In this document: positions 6,423 through 13,256 of the stretch, piece after piece
Position numbering within the stretch: position 1 is the first letter of the stretch
Layout: each line of letters opens with the position of its first letter
DNA from: Candidatus Scalindua sp.
Lineage (GTDB): Bacteria; Planctomycetota; Brocadiia; Brocadiales; Scalinduaceae
Length of the DNA: 24,000 bases
NCBI GenBank assembly: GCA_031316235.1
Contig: JALDRA010000001.1
Location: forward strand, 2,657,117 to 2,681,116
Reading direction: 5' to 3'
The notes under the pieces: generated by a model
Databases searched by the model: none
What the model was told of the DNA's origin: nothing
Seen by the model: only the letters and a program-made list of their open reading frames with translations
Position numbers and translations under genes: made by a program

Positions 6423-7007
6423 AAAACCGGAAACCAAATCTTGGTGAAGGTATACTCGCTCAATTTTATCTCGGATCTTATCCGAAATCCAGTATGAGAT
6501 GAGTATACATCTTCGGCAGAAAAACTATCTATTCAGTAAAACAGTCTTTTTCCTGTATATGCGTTAAGACCCTGTTACTTTACGTCCCCTGATCACTCAG
6601 AGTTTACCTTTATCGTTTGTAAATATGTTTTAATTGGTGAGCTTCTCTGCTAAATGCATAATATGTTTAACTAGGGTCATGTATGGCTAAAAGTATGCAG
6701 CTTTTACGAGGATGTACGTTTTTACCCATGAGTTTTTTTGAAACAAAAGCAGGGTAGTAAATTATCGTATGATTGAATTTATTTGAAACGGTTCGAGAAC
6801 AATGATGCAGAATGGTGATAATGGTGCGCCCCGGGTGCAAAGGCTTGTTATCTGCACGTATTGAAGACTTACGTGTGAAGGATACTTTTGATGATAGAGC
6901 AAAAGCTCTTCTTAGCATCAATTCTACTCCTGAAACTTTATAGCATTTTTAAACTACATTTCCTCAAGAAGAATAATTAATTACTGAGTAACTATGGAGT
7001 CTCTTCA

Positions 7008-7757
7008 CTAAAAGGCATGCAATGGTTTGGAACAACCTATACACGTCAATATAATATTAAACACAAGCGAAATGGACATCTTTTTCAAGGGCGCTTCAAA
7101 AGCTTTCTTATAGAAAATGATGAATACCTGATGCTTCTCTCCTGTTATATCCATAGAAATCCTCTGCGTGCAGGAATAGTCAGGAGACTGGCTGACTATC
7201 CATGGAGCAGTTATTCTATTTATGCTTATGGCAAGAAATCACCGGAGTGGTTGATTACAAAGCCTATTCTTTCTCTTTTCGATACAAAAAACAAGCACCT
7301 GGCATATAGGAAAATGGTACAAAGTTACTCCAAAGAAGAAACAAAAATATGGGAAGATTTTCGACATGGCCTTTTTTTTGGTTCCCAGAAATTTATTGAC
7401 CGTATAAAGTCTAAGTATTTGTCAGAAAACCCAGATGTTGAAATTCCTCAAAAAAGGCAAGTATTAAGAGATACTAATCCTGAAAAAATTCTGAAGATAG
7501 CGGCAAAAGTTTTAAAGTGCGATACGGGTGATTTTTTGCGATCCTCAAGGATAAGTGATTCAGATAAATTAAATCGTGATTTATTAATCTATCTTCTATG
7601 GAGTACCGGTTGGTATAATAACCAGGAAATTGGTAATTTGTTTGGTCTTGGTTATTCATCCATAAGTCGAAGGGTAGCTATTGTGAAATCAAAGATAACG
7701 GAAGATGGAAAATTGAATAAGAGGATAACAGAGATTAGATCACTAATCAAGGTTTGA
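7008..7757 (+). pseudogene. 5'-truncated second copy of the Y1 transposase/DnaA_C-like HTH gene
   Basis: Homology to copy 1 starts at about 7008-7011 (copy 1 about 4165-4167), so the N-terminal ~75 codons including the HUH motif are missing. From GMQWFGTTYTRQY onward the frame is continuous to TGA 7755-7757 (ORF track 7017..7757, 246 aa). I count about 16 differences from copy 1 by eye. Confidence 0.75.
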
Positions 7758-7800
7758 CCCCAACGCCCTGCAACGCCCAACGCCTCCGCTCGTGGGTAGC

Positions 7801-7926
7801 GTGTTTGAACCAAAACTGCCCGGATACAAGGCGCGTAATAATTCCGTAACCGGAGCGTGCTCAAGCACGTGAGGAGTACGGAATTATTACAGCAACGCCG
7901 TAGGCGGGCAGTTTTGGTTCAAACAC
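7801..7926. repeat. 126-nt three-tier palindromic element (possible bidirectional terminator or REP/MITE-like repeat)
   Basis: Three nested perfect inverted repeats: 7801-7822 with 7905-7926 (22 nt), 7835-7848 with 7877-7890 (14 nt), and 7856-7861 with 7864-7869 (6 nt, 2-nt loop). C7926 is shared with the queA stop codon (CTA 7926-7928). Confidence 0.8.
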
Positions 7927-8981
7927 TAGATGATGAGCATGCAGTCACCATAACTATAGAATCGATAGCCCTGCTCTATAGCGCTTTCGTAGGCATTGCG
8001 GATAGTCTCATTTCCGGCAAATGCGGAAACCAGGAGCAATAAAGATGTTCTCTGTAGATGAAAGTTTGTGAGCAGCGAATCCGTAATCTTGAAATTGTAC
8101 GGGGGGTAGATAAAAAGGTCTGTCCACCCTGAACCCTCTTTTAACCTGCCGTTTTGTGCTACCGTTTCAAGAACTCTGCATGCTGTGGTGCCTGTAGCAA
8201 AGATTTTTTTCCCCAGCGATTTGGCCTTGAGAATGGCGTCGATGGTCTGCCGGGAGATGTAATAGTTTTCTTTGTGCATGGTGTGCCGGGTGAAGTCCTC
8301 TTCCTTTATGGTTTTAAATGTTCCCAATCCCACATGGAGGGTTACATAAACAAGGGTTATTTTTTTTTCTGTAATTTTGCCTAAAAGTTCTTCTGAAAAG
8401 TGAAGACCGGCAGTGGGTGCAGCGATTGCTCCCACGTTTTTCGCATAAACCGTCTGATAGCGTGTTTCGTCCAGTGCTGTCAATTCTTTATTCTCCCGGC
8501 TTCTCTTTATGTAGGGAGGCAGCGGCATCATGCCGCCATTCACCAGGGCATCTGCAAATTCCTCTTCATTGCTGAATTCAACATTCCAGCTGCCGCTCTC
8601 GTTTTTACACAAAACTTTCCCCTCTGCGGAATTATCATGAAAATATATTGAATCATTTTCCTTCAGCTTTCTGTTGGATTTCAAGAGGGTCTCCCAGACG
8701 TTATCTTTGACCTTTTGTATCAGAAGGAGTTCAACCCTGCCTCCGGTTCTTTTCGATCCTGTTATTTTTGCGTGAAATACTTTTGTATCATTGAGCACCA
8801 GTACATCTCCGCAATGGAGGTACTCTATAATTTCAAAAAATTTTTTGTGTTCAATACTGGCATCTTTCCTGTGAAGGACCAGTAAACGGGATTCTTCTCT
8901 TCTGGATAGTGGACGCTGGGCAATTAACTGCTTCGGAACCACGTAGTCGTAATCTGAAATCTTAGAAAAATTCTGCTTCAT
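7926..8981 (-). CDS. queA: S-adenosylmethionine:tRNA ribosyltransferase-isomerase
   Basis: The ORF track gives 7926..9143. I place the start at ATG 8979-8981 (MKQNFSKISDYDYVVPKQLIAQRPLSRREESRLLVL), which matches the canonical QueA N-terminus. PPYI and GTTACRVLE motifs are present. The upstream 54 codons look like read-through of the intergenic region. Confidence 0.85.
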   Translation of the reverse strand: MKQNFSKISDYDYVVPKQLIAQRPLSRREESRLLVLHRKDASIEHKKFFEIIEYLHCGDVLVLNDTKVFHAKITGSKRTGGRVELLLIQKVKDNVWETLLKSNRKLKENDSIYFHDNSAEGKVLCKNESGSWNVEFSNEEEFADALVNGGMMPLPPYIKRSRENKELTALDETRYQTVYAKNVGAIAAPTAGLHFSEELLGKITEKKITLVYVTLHVGLGTFKTIKEEDFTRHTMHKENYYISRQTIDAILKAKSLGKKIFATGTTACRVLETVAQNGRLKEGSGWTDLFIYPPYNFKITDSLLTNFHLQRTSLLLLVSAFAGNETIRNAYESAIEQGYRFYSYGDCMLII

Positions 8982-9136
8982 TCTGTTAACCTGAGCTTTC
9001 CCTTTTAAAAAAAACGTTAAAAAATTTTTTTCCATACCACTACAACATGTAGGTACCCTTTTTTTAAGGGTCATTAAATATAGCAATAGGGAGGAAAATA
9101 TCAACCATAACCGCAAAAAAATCTTGTAAAAAAGGC

Positions 9137-9164
9137 TTGACAAAGCCAGAAAAAGGTGTATTTT
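9137..9164 (+). promoter_or_regulatory. Pmra-like sigma70 promoter candidate for the dcw cluster
   Basis: TTGACA at 9137-9142, a 16-nt spacer, then TATTTT at 9159-9164, 45 nt upstream of the mraZ ATG. Confidence 0.4.
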
Positions 9165-9174
9165 CCAGCTGAGA

Positions 9175-9199
9175 TGGTGAATTTTGGGTAAAAATGGGG
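9175..9199 (+). promoter_or_regulatory. MraZ operator-like triple direct repeat (TGGNN pentamers at 10-bp period)
   Basis: TGGTG (9175-9179), aattt, TGGGT (9185-9189), aaaaa, TGGGG (9195-9199). This is three pentamers with 5-nt spacers between the putative -10 and the mraZ start. It matches the TGGGN-N5 architecture described for the E. coli MraZ operator. Confidence 0.6.
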
Positions 9200-9208
9200 A
9201 ATAAAACC

Positions 9209-9649
9209 ATGTTCACGGGTAAGTATCACCATACAATTGATGATAATAACAGATTAGCTATACCCTCCTCAATACGAAAATGTATTGATGAAAAAGTGGA
9301 AGGGAAAGGTTTTTATGTTACACCTGGGCTCGACGGTTGCCTTGCCATCTACCCGCCCTTACAATTCGAAGAAGTAGCAGATAAATTAAAACAACTCAAA
9401 TTTACAAATCAAAAGGCACGAATTTTTCAGCGTATTTTTTTTTCAAAGTCAAGTGGCCTTGTTGCCTGCGACAAACAGGGAAGGATTATTGTTCCTCAGA
9501 ATTTAAAAGAACATGCCGGTCTGGTAAAGGAAGTTGTGATTGTTGGTGTCATGGATAAAATCGAAGTATGGGATCTGGAACGATGGAATAAATTTGAAGC
9601 ACAACATGAGGAAAATTTTGAAAAGGATGCGGAGGATCTTTTCCAATAG
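9209..9649 (+). CDS. mraZ: transcriptional regulator MraZ
   Basis: The ORF track gives 9194..9649. I prefer ATG 9209 (MFTGKYHHTIDDNNRLAIPSSIRK), the canonical MraZ start. Two DxxxR repeats are present (DDNNRLAIP and DKQGRIIVP). It is the first gene of the dcw cluster. Confidence 0.9.
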   Translation: MFTGKYHHTIDDNNRLAIPSSIRKCIDEKVEGKGFYVTPGLDGCLAIYPPLQFEEVADKLKQLKFTNQKARIFQRIFFSKSSGLVACDKQGRIIVPQNLKEHAGLVKEVVIVGVMDKIEVWDLERWNKFEAQHEENFEKDAEDLFQ

Positions 9650-9694
9650 GCTTATATCCGGTAAAATCGGGATTAGATCACTCCACTATCTATC

Positions 9695-10645
9695 ATGCTC
9701 TTAATAGACAAAGACACTATTCAGAATGAATGTATTGAGGAAGAACGGTTGCCGCACATTCCGGTAATGCTTGATGAGGTGATGAGTTTTCTGAAACCTG
9801 GTAAAGGCGACATAATCGTTGATACAACAATTGGTGCGGGAGGGCATGGCAGAGAGATATTAACGTGCATAGGGGATGAGGGCCTTTTGATAGGGATAGA
9901 TAAAGATGCTGAAATTTTGAAAATAGCAAGGCCGCATTTATTGGAGAGAGGGAATTCTTTCAAGCTGTATCATGGAGATTATTCGGATTTGGGTTATATA
10001 TTGAATGAGTTGAAGATTCAGAAGGTTAAGGGTATTCTTCTTGACGCCGGGGTTTCATCCTACCAGTTAGATCTCGGGGAACGCGGTTTCAGCTTCCGTA
10101 AAGAAGCGCCTCTCGACATGAGAATGGACAGATCCAGGGGGGAGACAGCGAGTGAATTATTGCAAAGGTTTTCAGAAAAAGAGATGGTAGAGGTGTTTTG
10201 GAGGTACGGTGAGGAGCGGCAGTCGAGAAGGATTGCCAAGGAAATAGTAAAAGAGAGAAAGGCTAACGGGCCGATAAAGACGACTACTCAGTTGGCCAGG
10301 ATTATTGAAAAGGCCGTATATCCTTCCGGAAAATATCAACAGAGAGGTAAGATTCATGTTGCGACAAAGGTATTTCAGGCGTTGCGTATTGTCGTAAATG
10401 ATGAGTTGAAAAGCCTTGAGTTCTTCCTGAATCATGCCCATGATTTTCTTGAAACCGGTTCAAGGATCGTTGCTGTTTCGTTTCATTCACTTGAGGACCG
10501 TCTTGTGAAAAGTGCCTTTCGTAAAGGCGAGAGTTCCGCAACGTTAAAGATTTTAACGAAAAAACCATTGCTGCCGACTGATGCGGAGATAAAAGAAAAT
10601 GCAAGATCCCGGAGTGCGAAACTCCGGGCAGCTGAGAGAGTGTAA
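9695..10645 (+). CDS. rsmH: 16S rRNA (cytosine1402-N4)-methyltransferase RsmH (MraW)
   Basis: 316 aa with HIPVMLDEV, the SAM-binding DTTIGAGGHG motif and SFHSLEDR. It occupies the canonical position after mraZ. Confidence 0.9.
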   Translation: MLLIDKDTIQNECIEEERLPHIPVMLDEVMSFLKPGKGDIIVDTTIGAGGHGREILTCIGDEGLLIGIDKDAEILKIARPHLLERGNSFKLYHGDYSDLGYILNELKIQKVKGILLDAGVSSYQLDLGERGFSFRKEAPLDMRMDRSRGETASELLQRFSEKEMVEVFWRYGEERQSRRIAKEIVKERKANGPIKTTTQLARIIEKAVYPSGKYQQRGKIHVATKVFQALRIVVNDELKSLEFFLNHAHDFLETGSRIVAVSFHSLEDRLVKSAFRKGESSATLKILTKKPLLPTDAEIKENARSRSAKLRAAERV

Positions 10646-10732
10646 TGTGTGGGAAATCTCTGTTTACCGAAAAGTAGAAATTTGTAAACTGCCCGATGGA
10701 ACTATCTGTTCGGGTCGAAAGGGTTATGCCAT

Positions 10733-11047
10733 ATGAAAGCGTGGAGGTACCTATGTATACTGAGTATTGTATTGATCATGACGATTTTCACCATTGCTGA
10801 GGGTACAAGAACGATAAAGATTGGGTACAAAACCGCTGAGATGGAAAAGAAATTAAAAGATCTGGTAGAAGAAAATAAAAACCTGGAATACAAATTAAAC
10901 CAGTCGAAGACGTTTGAGACGATATCTCAGAGAGTTGAAGAGCTGAAGCTTGGCCTGGTGATAACAAATGACAGGGGCTACATTATCCTTGTCAATAAAG
11001 TTTATGAAAAGGGCAGGAAAAGACCGTATGGTAAGGTAGGCGCTTAA
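10733..11047 (+). CDS. ftsL: FtsL-like cell division protein
   Basis: 104 aa with one N-terminal TM helix (YLCILSIVLIMTIFTIA) followed by a coiled-coil-like segment (EMEKKLKDLVEENKNLEYKLNQ). The call rests on the position between rsmH and ftsI plus this topology, not on sequence identity. Confidence 0.55.
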   Translation: MKAWRYLCILSIVLIMTIFTIAEGTRTIKIGYKTAEMEKKLKDLVEENKNLEYKLNQSKTFETISQRVEELKLGLVITNDRGYIILVNKVYEKGRKRPYGKVGA

Positions 11048-11096
11048 CAGGATCAATGGTAAAAGAGGCAATCTGTCTGAGAAAATTCAATTGGAA

Positions 11097-12839
11097 ATGA
11101 ACAGTTTAATAGATAAAAGCGGGCTGCACCGAAATTATCGGATCAAGGTGAACGTTATTCTGTCTGGCATTATTGCCATCTTCGCTGTACTCTTATATCA
11201 CCTTGTCTCTATTCAGATACTTGATTATGAGAAATACTCCTCTTTAGCATTGGGACAGCGCTTGAAAAAACAGGAGCTTCCCACAAAAAGAGGCCTGATT
11301 TTTGACAGAAATGGATTGAAATTGGCAGAAACGATCCGGGTGTCTTCAGTTTCTGCAGTGCCGGAACGAATAAAAGACAAAAAGAAAACGGCTCAGACCT
11401 TATCGAATCTGTTACACCTGAATCAGGAAAATACATTCTACCTGCTCAATAAAAAAAAGGATTTTGTCTGGATAAAAAGGAGAGTCACAGATAAACAGGC
11501 TGAAGAACTCAAGAGACTCGGGATTCAGGGGATAGTGATCGAGGATGAGTATAAGAGAGTATACCCTAACGGGAGTCTCTGTTGCCATGTGCTGGGCTTT
11601 ACCGATATAGATCAAAATGGCATAGCGGGTATTGAATATTCACTCAATCATGTACTGACCGGCAGGAAGGGGTATCGGCTGATTGAAAAGGATGCTCACC
11701 AGAGACAATTTTCTATTATTAACCAGGAGACCGTATTTCCCCGGTATGGGAATTCAATTTATTTAACAATTGATAGCGAGATACAGTCAATAGTTGAGGA
11801 AGAGATCGAAAATGTATGTGTCCAGAATCGGGCAGATTCAGTTACAGCAATTGTAATGGAAACTTCAACAGGTGATATTCTGGCTATGGCCAATTACCCC
11901 TGGTTTGATCCGAATTGCGTGCAGGATTCCGAAGATTCGGAAAGACGGAACAGGGCAATTACGGATAGCTTTGAGCCTGGTTCGTTAATTAAGCCAATCA
12001 TAGTCTGCGGTGCATTAGATAGTGGCCTGGTGCAGAAAGATGAGAGATTTTATTGCTATAACGGGAGCTACTGGATTAAACGGAGGCTGATCAAAGACGA
12101 GCATCCCCATGAGTATCTTACCGTATCAGGAATAATCGTTAATTCAAGCAACATTGGAATGGTGCAGTTAGGGATGCTCATGGAGAAGGAAAGGCTTTAT
12201 AATCAATTCAGCAATTTTTCTTTTGGCAAAAAAACAGGAATACTCCTCCCGGGTGAAGCAACAGGAATAGTACGGCCTCTGGACGTCTGGTCATTTCATT
12301 CGGTCGTGTCCGTTTCCTTCGGGTATGAGATTATGACGACTCCATTACAGCTTACGGCTGCGTATAGTTCAATTGCAAACGGAGGGAGTTTTCTCAAACC
12401 GCAGATAATTCACGCAATCAGTGATTTTTCTGGCAAGAAAAAGAAACACAATTCACCGGAACGGATTAAGCGGGTTATCTCGCCTGAGATAGCAAGAGAT
12501 GTAATGACTCCTATTCTGGAAGAGGTCGTAATGGAGGGAACCGGGAGCAGGGCAAAACTTTCCGGGTATAAAGTAGCGGGGAAGACGGGTACCGCAAAGA
12601 AGCTGGAGAGAGTAGATGACCGGTTGGTGTATTCTGATAAGAAATACGTCAGCTCTTTTGTTGGATTTGTACCAGCAGATAATCCGAAAATCTGCGTCCT
12701 GGTTTCAGTAAATGAGCCAAAAAATGGTGACTATTTCGGCGGTGTTGTTGCCGCTCCGGTAGTAAAAAATGTGATGGGAAGAGTGCTGCCATATATGCGT
12801 ATAAAACCAAGAAATTCCATACACACGGCACAAAAATAG
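11097..12839 (+). CDS. ftsI: peptidoglycan D,D-transpeptidase FtsI (class B penicillin-binding protein)
   Basis: The ORF track starts at TTG 11091; ATG 11097 is an equally plausible start. It has an N-terminal TM helix and the SxxK (SLIK), SxN (SSN) and KTG (KTGTA) motifs in the correct order. Confidence 0.85.
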   Translation: MNSLIDKSGLHRNYRIKVNVILSGIIAIFAVLLYHLVSIQILDYEKYSSLALGQRLKKQELPTKRGLIFDRNGLKLAETIRVSSVSAVPERIKDKKKTAQTLSNLLHLNQENTFYLLNKKKDFVWIKRRVTDKQAEELKRLGIQGIVIEDEYKRVYPNGSLCCHVLGFTDIDQNGIAGIEYSLNHVLTGRKGYRLIEKDAHQRQFSIINQETVFPRYGNSIYLTIDSEIQSIVEEEIENVCVQNRADSVTAIVMETSTGDILAMANYPWFDPNCVQDSEDSERRNRAITDSFEPGSLIKPIIVCGALDSGLVQKDERFYCYNGSYWIKRRLIKDEHPHEYLTVSGIIVNSSNIGMVQLGMLMEKERLYNQFSNFSFGKKTGILLPGEATGIVRPLDVWSFHSVVSVSFGYEIMTTPLQLTAAYSSIANGGSFLKPQIIHAISDFSGKKKKHNSPERIKRVISPEIARDVMTPILEEVVMEGTGSRAKLSGYKVAGKTGTAKKLERVDDRLVYSDKKYVSSFVGFVPADNPKICVLVSVNEPKNGDYFGGVVAAPVVKNVMGRVLPYMRIKPRNSIHTAQK

Positions 12840-12922
12840 TTTTGGAGAAGCGTATTGTTACGAAAGGGGGTGATCTATGGTTGAAAATGCTGGAAGGTAG
12901 GTACATTAGTGGGTGATGTACA

Positions 12923-12966
12923 GATACCCTATACTACCCTTAAAAACGGGGTTAGTATAGGGTATC
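12923..12966 (+). other. strong stem-loop between ftsI and the orphan small ORF
   Basis: GATACCCTATACTA (12923-12936) pairs perfectly with TAGTATAGGGTATC (12953-12966), with 3 further pairs after a 1-nt bulge. A smaller hairpin, GTACAT...ATGTAC, sits at 12901-12921. There is no clean T-tract, so this is not a classical intrinsic terminator. Confidence 0.4.
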
Positions 12967-13012
12967 ATAGAATAATTTTCAGGAAAACTAACTCAAAAAG
13001 GAGGAGATAACG

Positions 13013-13237
13013 ATGATTAATGAAATGGAAAAACAGAATTCTGTTTCCTGGCATAACCATGCTACTTTTGAAGAAATAGAAAAAGTAAAAGGGGTAAATG
13101 TCATAGAATTTCAAAGATTATCTTCTGAATATGCAGATGATATCCGGCAAATCGACAAATCAAGATCTCCATCCGCCTTTATGGTGTGCCATAATATAGG
13201 TGTTCAGGAATTTGACCTGTCATTAAAAATTTCATAG
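13013..13237 (+). CDS. hypothetical small protein (74 aa) embedded in the dcw cluster
   Basis: ORF-track ORF preceded by a strong RBS (AAAGGAGGAG, 6-7 nt before the ATG). Same strand as the cluster and host-like AT-rich composition. No recognisable motif. Confidence 0.45.
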   Translation: MINEMEKQNSVSWHNHATFEEIEKVKGVNVIEFQRLSSEYADDIRQIDKSRSPSAFMVCHNIGVQEFDLSLKIS

Positions 13238-13256
13238 TCAAGAATGTGGAACGCCG

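Noticed and set aside
6667-6921. 84-aa minus-strand ORF in the decayed region.
   Set aside because: It has no RBS and no recognisable motif, its composition is Ser/Arg/Lys/His-rich and odd, and it lies amid sequence with stops in all other frames. It is probably not a gene.
7652-8042. ORF-track ORFs 7652..7864 (-) and 7857..8042 (+) spanning the region of the 126-nt palindrome.
   Set aside because: They run through the palindromic element and into the 3' ends of the transposase remnant and queA on the wrong strand. The open frames are a by-product of the inverted-repeat symmetry.
9055-9071. ACCCTT-TTTTT-AAGGGT hairpin and adjacent A/T tracts in the queA-mraZ divergent region, considered as a terminator.
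   Set aside because: It lies between two divergent gene starts, where a terminator makes no sense, and the stem is only 6 bp. It is more likely promoter-region A/T-tract structure.
8982-9143. 54-codon N-terminal extension of the queA ORF (MSSLFYKIFLRLWLIF...).
   Set aside because: The canonical QueA N-terminus begins at ATG 8979-8981. The extension covers the A/T-tract-rich divergent promoter region and has no QueA-like sequence.
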